Assembly (NCBI GenBank): GCA_002269645.1
Contig: NIVC01000496.1
Coordinates: 1-64,000 of the forward strand
Direction of reading: 5' to 3'
DNA length: 64,000 nucleotides
From: Macrostomum lignano
Taxonomy: Eukaryota
Shown here: positions 45,801-59,670 of the stretch, in pieces
How positions within the stretch are numbered: position 1 is the stretch's first letter
Layout of the letters: every line of letters begins with the position of its first letter
The notes under the pieces: model-generated
The model's input: only the letters and a program-made list of their open reading frames with translations
Databases searched by the model: none
Told to the model about the DNA's origin: nothing
Position numbers and translations under genes: made by a program

Positions 45801-48800
45801 GTGACGGCAGGCAGTGCAACACGGACCCCTGCCCCAGTGAGTGCCCTCGTTTGTCCACACAAATTACTCATGTCTTCAGCACCACTCGACTGACTTCGGG
45901 CTTTCAACTTAGGGTTTTACCTGAAAGCAAGTCACACAGACATCCGCCCTCTCCGACTGCAGTTGACGGTGGCTGGTCAGCCTGGAGCGAGTGGTCCGGC
46001 TGCTCCACCAGCTGCGGTACCGGCAAGTCGACCAGGCAGCGCGGCTGCTCGAGCCCTGTGCCGCAGTTTGGTGGCCGGGGCTGCTCAGGCAGCGGCTCAG
46101 ACATTCGCGACTGCCAACAAGGGCCCTGTCCAGGTGCGTTTCCTTGACCACTGACGTGACTTGGTCTTTCATGAATATATCTATGTATGAAAATATTGTG
46201 GCATGGAATCGCTTCCGATTTTATGTGCTCATCAACAGTGCACGGAGGCTGGAGCGAGTGGACCGAGTTCTCGAACTGCTCCGTAACCTGCGGCAATGGA
46301 ACCCGTAGCCGGAGCCGCAGCTGCAGCAGCCCGGCCCCCCAGTACGGTGGCCGCTTTTGCCTGCCCTGCACCGCAAACCTTACCTATCCGGAGTCTGCCG
46401 ACAACGCCTCTGTCTCTTTGGCAACTGTTGTCAAGGACTACGTGAGCGTTGAGGACAATTGCTCCTACAAGGGAAACTACTATGAGGTGGACGGCGATCT
46501 CATAATTTGGGACGATGACGTTCAGTACGCGAACTGCAGCATGGAGCCCTGCATATGTGAGTCACCCCATCGTAGGTCCTTTGGTCTCCCTATAAATTAG
46601 CGATTGCACATTTACTTCGTACCTCAACCCTCTCAATACGCAGCGACCCTTGCTGACAAGGCCAACAGTTTCGTTGACGAATTCCTCAAAGGCCTGAACA
46701 ACTCAGGGACCAACAAATCCGTAAGTGCAGGAGAGCCCCTAGTTGCAATTTCGCTCAATTACTTTGCACCTATTTTGTAATTGCGGCTGCATCTTCTCTC
46801 TACGCTGGCCCGCAGGACTCGGAGTCCATGAAGGCCGCACAGGAGATGGTGAACAAGATTACAAACCTGTTGGCAGATCAGCTGAAGAACGCGGAGGTGG
46901 GTAAGCCTGTGATGATCGACGCCAAGGGCGTCTCCGTCGGCGTGTCGAAGGTGAACTCGTCCAACATGGCGGGCTCCGAGATGAAGTCCGGTGACAAGGG
47001 CGGCATCGTGCTGGGCGACGCAGAAGATACCGGGGTCGAGGGCCAGGACGCCAGTCTGAAGTTCTCAGCCCTGGACCCAAAGACCTTCTTCCCGGGCGCC
47101 GACAAGAAGGACCAGTCCGCGGCAGTTGTTTCCCTCAACCTGGCCCAGGGAACTGAAGTGAGTTGGGCTTTTCCCGGCCATCAGTGCTGAGCCAGAACCC
47201 AAAATGTCTCCTGGAAATCTGATTCATTTCATTATGGCAATTGATTTTAGGTGGTGAAGCCAAGCAACGCCTCAAAGGTGTCGCTAACGCTATCGCTGCC
47301 CAACCAGAACCAGGAGACCACCGAGAACCTGCTGCAGCCGGTGGCCATGAAGCGTGGCAAGCGGATGGTGCAGAAGTTCACGTTCGAGGCGGCGAACACT
47401 GCCATCAAGGTATGAGCAGCAGCGAGCCTCACTGCATTGTCTGAAAAATCGTGCTGTGAGACAGTGCGCAGAAAAGTTAACTGAGCTCCGATGAAGAAAT
47501 GAAGAAAAAACCGATAGCCGGGATGCATTAGCGGGACCTTTCAATGAATTTGTCGCCCCGCCCCTCAGGCGTCACTGGAGCTGCCATCTTCGGACTCCTA
47601 CCTGATGATGTTCCGAGGCGGCGTCCCGGCCAACTTCAGCAAGCAGGCGAACTTTACGGCTTGGGTGCACTCCAACGAAACCATGAAGATCGAGACGGAC
47701 GGCAGCCTGGAGGTCCGGCTGAAGTTCGACACCGCCTTGGCGGCTGCTCGGCGGCGACGGCGACGCGAGACAGCCTCGCCGGAGAAGCCGCTGACGCTGA
47801 GCGTGTTCATCCCCGGTGGCCAGATGGCGGCGGGCAGCGCCGTTTTCATGTCGCTGGAGCTCGCGGACAACGGGACGGCGGCGGCAGCCTCCGGCAGCAA
47901 CGTGACGACGGAGTCGGCCAACATGAGCCTGACGGTGGGGGTGGCGTCCATTACGCCGAGGGCGTGGAGCGACCTGCTGGGAGGCTGGGTGGACACGGAC
48001 GCAGAGGTGGCGGAGGAGTCCAGCATCGAAAAGATGGTGTTCAAGAGCAACTTCTTCGGCTCGTACTCGGGCAAGATGTTCATCGCGCCCAACACCATCA
48101 ATTTTGCCACCGTTTTCAACAACTTCGCGGGCAAGCTGGCTGAGAACTTTGTCACGCTGTTGGTGCTGTGTCTCATCATAGGCATCTACGTGGTCGTCTC
48201 CGTCTGGATGTGGCGACTGGACCGACAGGAGGCTGCCAATGTAAGTGCCAGCAGGCTGGGACTACGGCAAATTTGGATTACTTGCCACTGGGTCTCCGCA
48301 TGTATAGGCCTTATTAGGCAGTGTCGGTGTTACGTTGAACATATGTGGTACAGTCACACAGTATAAATTCCCTTAAGCTGTGCACAAAGGCTGCCTGAGC
48401 AATAATAAAGATCTAAGGATGATTTGGATTGCCAGAGTGAGCTAAGGGGACAGTGGCTAAGTGTTCTATTAACATATTTATTTGAGAGTTAACGCAAGCG
48501 CTAGTTCCTCTGAGATGGAAGAGTTTTGTTTTTACTGCAAGATTTATACTTTTTATTTCGAGGCTATGAGCTAAGTAGCCGATCTTTGTACACACTGCAT
48601 GCTTCAACAAATGGAATGATTGGCACAGCATGCGGTCTCAACCCAATCCACTCACTCAGCTGCGGTATGAGCCCCTGGAGGACAACGAGTTCGACAATGA
48701 CTACACCTTCATCATCAGCGTGTACACCGGGGACGAGTCCGGCGCCGACACCACCTCGAATGTGTTCATCAACCTTGCGGGCACCTGGGGCTCTTCTGGC

Positions 48801-51800
48801 AAGCGCCAGCTGTCTGACGGAGTGCGCCAGAACTTCTCCCGCGGCTCCGTCTGCAACTTCGCAATGACCACCAGGGCTCCTCTCGGCGAGTTGCGCGGCC
48901 TGAAGGTCTGGCACGACAACAGCGGCAAAAAGCCGGGCTGGTTCCTGGAGAAGATACTCATCGAGGACCTGCAGACCAAGAAGAAGTGAGTTTCTTCTTG
49001 TCTTTCTTCCTGTCTAGCTCGTGTTCAGCATGTCCGCCCTTTTGCCGCTTGGCTGGTTTGTTGCTTTTACATGTAACACTGTGTGGTGGCTTTCAAACTG
49101 GATCATCGTTTCAGATGTATCTGTATATGCTCATATTAGTCATGAGTCTCTCCTCGGAACACTGCGATTCCGGTGGAGGTTCATAGATTCGAGGAATGCA
49201 CAGGAACCCACTAAATGCCCACGAATTTCACTATTTCAGGAAACTTCACATCTTTAAAATGCTGGCCTATTTTCATAACTCTTAATTCTGGGCATATCAG
49301 GGTGTAAAGAAAGCAAAATTAGGGATAGAATTAGGGATAGAAGGTGGAAATTTTATTTGAATAGTACAAAGCCTAGCGATTTTTGCGCCTTCCACTAAGT
49401 TCATTGCTAAGTCTACGACAATGCGAAACATTTAGCCAATTTAGCACAAGACGTTCAATGTGCTACACAGTCTGAATCTGCAAATTCCTTGCCCAAACTC
49501 ACCTGCAGCTATGTCTTCATGTGCGATCAGTGGCTGGCTGAAAACAAGTTTGACAGCCGTACCATGCGGGTGCTGCCCGAGGTGAAGCAGGACCAGCGCT
49601 TCCAGGAGATGATGCTGCGGTACAAGGCGGGCGGGGTGGTCAACAAGCACGTGATCACGGCGCTTTTCCGCAAGACCGGCCAGTCTAACTACTCCCGGCT
49701 GCAGCGCACAGGTGTGGCCAACGCCATGTTCTTCCTCACAATGGTGTGCAATGCCATGTGGTACGGCAAGGGAGACGACCTGGATGCCGAGGCTAACTTC
49801 AGCATCGACCTCGGCCCGATTTCGGTCACCTGGTTCCAGCTGTACTCTGGCATTCTCTCCATGGCCATCACCTACCCCTGCATCTTCGCGGCGGCTGAAA
49901 TCTTCCGCCGAACAAAGAAATGGCAGCGTCGCTGGAGCGAGGACGATGTGGAGAGCAAGAAGAAGGAAATTCGGCTGCCCAAGGGCTTCCTGGTCATCGG
50001 CTGGGGCCTCCTGCTCCTGGGCGTAGGGCTGAGTTTCTTCTTCACCTTCCTTTACAGCATCGAATGGGGCAAGGAAAAGGCCAACGGCTGGCTCAAGAGC
50101 TTCTTCCTGGGAATCCTGCAGTTGGTGGTGGTCACAGATCCCATCTGCCTGCTTATCGTGTTCGTCGTGGCCAAGAAGATCTTCGGCCAGAAAGAGTCGG
50201 AGGAAAACGTCTTCGAGCTGGATGATCTCATTAATGATGATCTCAAGCAGGTGAGGAGCCGAAACGATATGTTAATTGGTGGTAGTTATAGATAATTTAG
50301 TTCCGTATCTCTATTCTTGTAGCTATCTTTGAAAAGCTACAGCAATAAATGCTATTTTGATGTATCTTCCTTCATGCGGCATTTGTCTGTCCTCGCTCCG
50401 ATCACAACAGTTGCTGCCATCTAAATGGTGCTTCCACAACTCATGCCACACCTTACACACTTTCAGGTCCTGGATGGCACTGAATACGCTCCCCCGGACC
50501 CGACTCGGATGGAGGAAATCCGAGCTGAGCGCCGAAACAACCAGAAGATGTCGCAGACATTCACGGACGTGATGTCCTATGTGGTGTACATGTTCCTCCT
50601 CGTCGCTCTGGCTTACGACTCACGTGACCAGGTCAGCTTCCGCCAGAACCAAAACTTAAAAGACCAATTCCTCACGGCCGCGCCAACCCGGTTCAATGAC
50701 TTTAAGCACGTTTTCGACTGGCTGAATGGCAGCATCGTGCCCAGACTGTACCGAACCACCGAATACAACGGCGAACCACTCACTGGAGACCTCAAAGATG
50801 CGATCGACACGTGTGACTGCATCAAGCAGGGACCATTCAGGCTGAGGCAGCTGAGGGTCAATCCACGTGAGTCTAGGCTTTCCTAGTTGAAAATATTTGG
50901 GACTTATAGGATCCACTGCTTCTGGGGTTGCCACTGGATGGATTTAGCAGGTGGCTGCAGCAACCAGCCCTATCTCCCACAGGCAAGTGCCCGGTAACGT
51001 GGCCGTTCAAGGCGTACCCCCAGAAATCGTGGATCTGCTCATCGGACTTCTCTCCCCAAGCGGCGGACCAGGCGGTTTACCGTCCGCTGTGGCTGCCCGA
51101 CAGCAACGGCTGGGTGCGGAATGCGTCATTGCAAATGCGGGCAAAGTCGCAGATCAAGCGAATGCGGCCGGATGAAATCGTTCTACAAGCCTTTTGGTAC
51201 CGTAGCGCTGACTCCATGATGAGCTTCCCGTTCGAGGGCGCCTTCACAACCTACCCGGGTGATGGCTATGCAGCCACGCTCGGGCTCAACAGTGCTGAGG
51301 CCATGTGAGTCCCAAACTCAAACGCTCACGCTGCTGAACGCTGTAGTTTTGTGAAAAGTGGCGGTGTGAAAAACTTGCAAAAAAGAAGCATATTCTCCCT
51401 GGTTTGAAGCGAAATGCATACAAACGCCTTAAAACTTTTTTCGTTTTTTTCCTATCGTGGACCCACAGGTGGATCATCAACCGGCTGCGGGCCACCAACT
51501 GGTTGGACGAGAAGACTCGAGCCATGTTCCTGGAGGGCACGGTGTACAACGCCAACACCAACCTGTTCACCACCATACAGATCCTGTTGGAGTTCCCGGC
51601 CGCAGGCGGAATTCTCACCTACAAGAACGGAGTCCGCACCTACCGCCTGTACAACTACACCGGCGGCAAAGGCATCATCCTCATGGCCATGCAGGGCCTG
51701 TTCGCCCTCATCTGCCTGTACCAGATCTATCGGGAGACGCGCAGCCTTCTCACGCTACGACTCAAGTACTTCGATGACCTGTGGAACAAGATCGAGTTCG

Positions 51801-54800
51801 TTAACATCCTGCTGTGCATCACAATCATGATCACGTACGGCATCCGCATCAAAATCACCATCGACTCCATCGAGCTGATGATGAACAATAGGGGTGAGGG
51901 GCGGTGCTCGATTTAGTGAATTTGTTGTGAATTCTATTCCTGGCTGCGTGGCGTTTAAAATTTTTGTTTTGCTAGGCGGAAAAACACGCTGTTGTCACAA
52001 TAACTCAACAGAAGTTCTAAAACAGCACAATTCCATCCCTTCAGCATGCTGTTGTTTCCCTGCGTCCCTTCAGTCCTCAGTTTAAGTTGTTGCCGTGTTT
52101 AATACACTAGTGCTTGGGAAAAAATGCTGGAGAACAACAGACAGCTGTATTAATTCCCTTTCCCACAGGAATGTACGTGGCTTTCGACAACGTTATTGAG
52201 TGGGTAGAGGCAACATGCGTGGCCATGGCTCTAAGTGTGTTCCTCACGATCTTCCGGGTGCTGAAGTTCTTGGGCTTCAACAAGCACATCGCCATCCTGC
52301 TCGCCACCGTGAAGCAGTGCGCCCGCCAGTTGTCCTCGTTCGGCGTCGCCTTCGTGCTGATCATGGCGGCCTTCCTGTCGGCTGGCACGATCCTGTTCTC
52401 GTTCACCGAGGCCAGCTTTGCCTCCGTGCTGTCCAGCTGCCGTTCGCTCTTCACCACCGCACTCGGCATTCAGGGTTACACGCAGATCTTCGTCAACAGC
52501 CAGGGCACGACTGCCAGCCTCATCTTTTTTGGCGGCTGGTCTTGCCTGGCGGTCTTTTTTCTGGTGTCAGTCTTCGTGTCCATCCTCACAGACACCTACA
52601 GCGTCGTGGTCAGCGACGGCCTCTATAGCTACGATGAGGAGTTTGTCAACCACATGTGGAGCAAGTGAGCAAAGTGGTCAAGTGCACCTACTCCCGAATG
52701 TGTTAAGTGTAGTTGGTAGGAACTGGTCTTCGAAGAGTTTTGGAGCACATGGAATGTTGTATGCTGGTGGTGTTCATGGATTAGTCCGGTCCATGTGTTA
52801 GTGTGCTATGCACTGGTCTGGCGTATTTGCGTGCCAATCTGTTGGGGCTTTAACTACATACTTGCAGCATGTGTCGCTAGGCTAACCAGCCTTGATCATT
52901 CATTTACCTCATATTGGAATCCAAAATGCACTATGCTGCAAAATCATGCTTTCGAAACTACAGATTCATGGGTACTATGGCCAGCATTACGTCAAAGAAG
53001 GACGAGCTGGGCGAGGCGCTGCAGAAGAGTGTCAGCGCTGTCAAGCGTCGAATGGGTGAGCCTAAGTTCAAGGATCAGATACATAACAATCCGTTGCTTT
53101 CACTGCTGCTAATTTCTTTTCGCAGTGACGGAGGACGACATCGAGATTCAGCTTAATGAGGACCGGCGCCAGGAGTCCGTTGGCGGGGCCGAGGAGAGCT
53201 CTGGCGGCAAAAAGGCAAAAGACAGTAAGCCTTGCTCAGTTCTTGGAGCCGGAGACTACTCGTATTTATGGATGTACTAATTAGACATAGCTCGTAAAAG
53301 TATCTCCAGCACAGCATGTTAAAAGTTCGCGTTTGCGGGTTCGCTCAAATTAGCAAGTATCCACAGAATGACACGTGCAAACATATAAAAAGTGCTCTCG
53401 AACATAAAGAGCATGTAACCCTACATCTCCCCTTCTCCCCTGGCCCGCAGTCAACCCGGGCTCAAGATGAAGCTAGCGGTGGTAAACAGGGACAAGCCGG
53501 AGACCGGAGAAAGCTACGTCTGGACGCCCAAAGAGACGGGAGATGAGGTGCTCGTTGACGCCGGTGAGCTGAGCGCCGTTGCCACAGAGGACGCGGAGCC
53601 GGGCTGGATCCCCAGGTTCAAGTCAACCGCACTGGACTTGCAGCCGCCAGGACTTGACGACAGCGGGGCGTCGGCTTTCCGCTTTGACCCGCTGGGCGAC
53701 AGCGCCAGGTCCGGCCTGCACCTTCTGTGTGTGTGTGTATTAACCTACGGCTCGGGTCCCAGCCCGCCGAGGAAGGTCGACTCCAGGAAGGTGGACGTCT
53801 CAATTGGGTTGTTCCAAAGGTCACTAGGGCAGAGCGGCGTCGGATAGACAGGGCAGTCGAAAAGATGGACCACCGTTTGGGGCTCCAGACCGCAATCAGG
53901 ACAGACCGCGGCGACGCCTGGTTTGATTCTCGACTGAAAATCTTGGAGAAGCGGGCAGAAACCGGAGCGGAGCTGCGCCAGTATGCACCGCATGCGGCGG
54001 GGGAGGCAAGTTTCGGAGCGATGGATCGCTGGCCGTTGTGTTTGAATAACACGGTTCTGTGGCAGGCTGTCCAGCATGGCCTGTACTGCCTGCGTATGCT
54101 GGGCCCGCCTGGCGCGATCCCAGGCAGCAGCGTCAAGGACGTCCGGGGCCGGAACCGGCGTCCAATCAGCATTAAAGTGTTCAGCCGTGAAGATGGAGGC
54201 TTTCATGAGTCTGCGCGGCGGCGGAAGGCCAGAAAGGTGGTGACAAGGGAGTTCAGGGCGTCTAGCGCGAAGCTTGAACTGGAGCGAAAGAAGTCGGTTG
54301 TGCTGGCGGACGGTAAGCAACTGGACTTCACTATGAAGATCCGCTTCAGAGGTAAGGGCAGTGCAGCCGGTGATGCCGCGAATCGCTGCATTCTGGACCG
54401 ATTGCAGCCGCGTCCAGGACGAGTTGGAGATGATAGGGCCCCAGACCGGAGCAGCATAGTCGAGCAGGCTTCTGCCTAACGCTTTGAAGGTGGTCAGCAA
54501 AAGTTCCTTGCAGCAGCCCCAGGAGGAGCCGGCGAGACAGCGTAGCAGGCAGTTCCTTTTCCGGGTTTTTTCCGCAAGAGTGGTAACGTGTCTAGCGAAG
54601 GAGAGCTTAGGGTCGAAAGTCACACCAAGAATTTTCGGATAGAGGGCTTGCGGTAGTAATGAGCCGTTGATGGACACGTTCAGTTGACGAGAGTACTCGC
54701 GCTGATCCGGACTGAACAGAGTGGAGGAGCACTTTGATGTAGAAATTTGGAGCTTGCGCGACTCAAGGAACGGAGCAAGGTCAGCGAGATAGCTGTTCAG

Positions 54801-56771
54801 TTGTTGTTCAATAGAATAACAGTTTGGGGATGAGGCGGCAACGGTAAGATCGTCAGCGTAACCAATTAGTTTAGTGGCCGGATTGGATGGCACAGGAGCT
54901 TTAGCCAAGTAAAAGGCAAAAAGAAGCGGGCTGATGGCGCTGCCCTGTGGAACTCCCATGCGAACCTGCCGCCACTTCGACTTAAAGTCTCGCATGACGG
55001 TCCGAGCTTGACGACCAAGAATGTAGTTGGCAAGCCAGGCCTTAACAGTGTTAGGAAGATCAGACTCGGCGAGATCAGAGAGTAATTCGTAGTGGTCAAC
55101 GCAGTCGAATGCCATCCGAAGGTCGATCGCGCTAACGCCGGTCCTGGCCGGCGGTTTTGGCAAACAAAAACCTGAGCAGATCTGCTCAACCAGTTGGCAG
55201 AGGGCGGTCACGGTGGAGTGATGCGGACGAAAGCCATGTTGCCAGGCCGGGAGCTGGAGGTGGTCAGTCAGTAGCGGAAGCAGGATCTTCTCCAGAATTT
55301 TGACGAGCGGCGAGAGAAAGGAGATAGGGCGATACGACGCACCATCGTCCTGCGGTTTACCATCCTTCAGAAGGGGACAGATTAAGGACTTCTTCCAGAC
55401 CGCCGGGATCTCATTGTAAGCGATTGAGCGATTGAAGAGGTTTCGGAGCACAGCCTTCGCCTTCGGACCAAAGTGCCTAATGACGAGCGGGCAGATTCCA
55501 TCAGGGCCGATGGCCTTGGAGGGTTTGGACCGCTTGATGGCCATTTCGATGTCGTCAGTCGAGAAGACAGGGGCGTCTTCAGCGGCACGAGCAAGGCCCT
55601 TAAGACGTCGACGAACGACGCGCATCTGCGGGTTGGAGCAGTGAAGGCGCGGCCTCGTGAACTGACAGTTGAGACGGTCCGCAGTTTCGGCACCAGAAAG
55701 GGCCTGTTTTCCGTTAAACTTTAAAATGACATTCTTATCCGCGTTAGGACGACCGGTCAGCTTTTTAAGAGTGGACCAGATTCTAGAGGACGGGGCAGGC
55801 TGGTTGCCATTCTCTAAGAGAAATTCGTTCCAGCGCACCCGTCTCTCCGCTTCCAGACTTGAGTTGATTTGTGCTTGAAGGTCCGCGATACCGGGGTCCG
55901 ACGGGTTGTTGGTGCGAAGAGCGTCGCGCGCAGATAAGAGTTGACTAATTTCCGGTGAGCAGGGATCCGGGCTCTGCTGTTTGAAACGACCCTCCGGGAT
56001 CGCAGTCTTCATGGCCGACAGGATCAGCTTACGGAAGGCAGCTTCTTGAGTATGAGCAGAACCGGTGCCGGTGAAGTTGTCCAGAGAGCTCTCGAGGGTA
56101 TTGGTGAAGAGCTCCCAGTCTGCCCTCCTAAAATTGATGAAGCATCTACGAGCCGCGGTGGTCGCCATACTGGACACACCCAACGAGATGATGATGGGCA
56201 GATGATCGCTAGAGAGTGTGTGAAGAATGTCGTAGTCGGCCTTCAGGAGTAAAGATTGATGGACAGCCGTAACGTCAGGGGTCGAGGGAGGTCCGTTGCT
56301 AGGCAGTCTGGATTGGGCTGGCGTGGATAGAAAGTCGAAAGGAGCTTGTTCGACCTGGAGGGCAAGCAGGTCCCCGCGCGTTCTGTCGTCGAAGCCTGCG
56401 GCTCTGCCACCACTGCAGGTGAGTTGCTTTGGTGTGCAAAAAGATAGCGCTCAGAGTCAAATACAGCTTCGAGCGCGTCCATGAGTGAATCCAATAAGGA
56501 TCACTAAGGAAAAAGCTCACAATAAGGATGATTAAGGATGATCTGGATGATTAAAATACGTGTACTTCAGCATATTCGTACTGCATTTATCCCAAAATTG
56601 CACTGTAGCTAAAAGTTCAGTAACTGGTCAAACTTGAATTTGCTCATGCGATCTCTGTCTCGACAGGCTGATGAAAAAAAAGCGAAAAAGAAATCCAAGA
56701 AGGACAAGCGGCAGCCTGGCTCAGGCTCTGGTACTGATGAGACGCCGAAGCAGCTAGACTCGGAGATTTAA
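36824..56771 (+). CDS. PKD1-like: Polycystin-1-like (PKD1L/PKDREJ class) 11-TM receptor-channel with TSP1-repeat ectodomain, ~2450 aa, 30 exons
   Basis: Signal peptide exon 36824-36902 ([22 protein letters not shown]). PLAT-like exons 37719-37869, 38203-38299, 38581-38662. TSP1 exons (WSxWSxCSxSCGxG..R.R.C) at 39000-39176, 39611-39781, 40082-40252, 42243-42413, 42534-42704, 42883-43053, 43789-44130 (x2), 44326-44496, 45017-45187, 45666-45836, 45963-46133, 46239-46556. GAIN/TM1 at 46644-46720, 46816-47157, 47251-47409, 47569-48240. PLAT at 48660-48985. TM/channel exons 49509-50250, 50467-50866, 50983-51304, 51469-51893, 52169-52664. Tail exons 52964-53055, 53126-53224, 53451-53728 plus 56387-56418, and 56667-56771. 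One phase mismatch at 53224/53451. Confidence 0.9.
37030..37399. repeat. 38-bp tandem array (~10 copies), polycystin intron 1
   Basis: Unit CTCTCGAACTAAGTGCCAGAGTCTTGAACTAGCTCTAA. Confidence 0.95.
37853..38160 (+). repeat. ~61-64-bp x5 repeat copying the exon 2 end plus donor site
   Basis: Unit ATGTTCACACCGGGAAA|GTGAG...CATTCCCAAGAGCAC. Confidence 0.9.
38680..38935. repeat. ~55-bp x5 intronic tandem repeat
   Basis: Unit CTCCATGCTATGACATTCCCATGACCCATGTGAGCACCGACACTGTGCT... Confidence 0.9.
39205..39390. repeat. 20-bp x~9 intronic tandem repeat
   Basis: Unit GGATAGCTGGACATGCAACT. Confidence 0.9.
40663..41650. repeat. 71-bp x~14 intronic tandem array
   Basis: Unit TCCATGA(G/T)CTGCTGG(T/C)CCTCAATGTGGACTGCAGCTTCAGTAGCTCTGGCACAAATCCTCACGCAATTCTG. 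Confidence 0.95.
41985..42180. repeat. 30-bp x~6 intronic tandem repeat
   Basis: Unit CCCATCAGTCAGCGGATCCTCAGCTGATGG. Confidence 0.9.
43045..43550 (+). repeat. ~43-44-bp x11 repeat copying a TSP1 exon end plus donor site
   Basis: Unit CCTGCCCGA|GTGAGTGACAGCCGCTGCTCTCCCTGCCAGCCCCA. Confidence 0.95.
45160..45348 (+). repeat. 51-52-bp x4 repeat copying a TSP1 exon end plus donor site
   Basis: Unit ACCGCCTGCGACATCCCCGTCTGCCCCG|GTGAGGCCCGCCCTGCCCC(C)AAAC. Confidence 0.95.
53729..56380 (-). mobile_element. 5'-truncated LINE (APE remnant, RT, C-terminal Cys/His motif, no RNase H; tentatively I-group/Ingi-Vingi-like) with uninterrupted ORF
   Basis: The minus frame is open from 56380 to stop 53745. 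It contains RGDLLA..., [31 protein letters not shown] and [15 protein letters not shown]. (AC)n 3' tail. TSD TTCTGT at 53723-53728 and 56381-56386. Confidence 0.92.
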
Positions 56772-58091
56772 AGTTCAGCTCACCCGAGATCAGAGATCTG
56801 ATGCACACACACACACACACCGAACAATGAGCCACGTTGACTCCATTCAAAACTGATTCAAACCGACGGAAATTGAAATACCCCAATTACACGAGACTTA
56901 TTTTCTCACCTTTTAATTCACATTCCTGGCATTAAGGATCCGTGTTACGCTTCGGTCTTTTTACTTTTGGCTTCCTACTCAAAGTAGAGGGTCGCGAATC
57001 GTGCTGTCAGTTTACAATGTAGAGTTCAATCCCAATGTAGCCCGAGCAGCGCACGCCTGCAAACCCCGATTGTGAACAGAGAAATTTTCAGGCGCCAAAA
57101 CAATATTCAGTTGTAGGAGCCTTAATGGTCCAGATTAAATTCTGCAGGGCCAATCGATTCCGCATTTCTGTCGAATCAATCATCGAGATCGTGACTCAGC
57201 AAACTCTGCACTGCCTTATTGTTTTAGCAGCTCCCAGTGGAGAAGAGGGTGAAATTGCTGACGGACTGACTCAGCAAGCACTGGGTGCAGTGACTGCAGC
57301 GCGGTGTGCGAAATTCCCCTAGCGAGATTCCAGTCTGCTTTTCGTCCCCCTAATAAAAGCCAAAAAGCATTACTGAGGACAGAAACACTGCAGCAATTCT
57401 TCAACACACAGTTCTGTCCACAGATACTCGTAAAAGCAGAAAAATTCTTAGATTTATTTTGTCACAGAAATCAGCGAATACTCGAGCGACTGGTCGAAGG
57501 GGTCAGGCATGGGAACGTCAAGAGACTGCATTAAAGCAAGAACTGGGAATAAATGAGAGGACAGAAGGAATGCATTGACCCAGGCAGCTTGGGCTCAGCT
57601 GGGCCAGGCACAACAAGAAACAAGAAAGCAGATAAAACTAACAAGTAAAAGAATACAATATCTCAAACACCAGTTGGCGGAAGCAGTCAAATCAAACAGT
57701 GAAGCCCCTATGGCGAGAATATGGCTGTCTCAGAAAAAACGACATAGAAGCACAGAAGCGTAGAGCAGCATTGGCTTGAGCTGTGCTCACTGCCAGCCCG
57801 TACAGCTAGAAGCTTGCGAGGAAGTGGGCAGAGAGAAATGAAGCCACACTGCGCCGTACAGTGGCTTGATGCCATCAAATTCGTGCCTGATATTAGAAGT
57901 TTATATTTGAAAATTCTGTTCTTTCCACAGGAATTTAGCAGACTTTCGTAGAGTTTGGAGGAAAAAGGAAGAGCGGGCAATGCGAGCGGCAGGCAGGCAA
58001 CTGTGAGCCCTGGAACTGTGCTTTGTCTGAACTGCAAAACTGAACAAGCAGAGCCGGTGCCGAACAGTTCGTTCAGGTGGAAAATTCACAA

Positions 58092-59670
<1,579 letters not shown>

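Noticed and set aside
56803-56821. (CA)n as the LINE boundary
   Set aside because: It lies after the polycystin stop codon. The LINE 5' end is defined by the TSD at 56381-56386.
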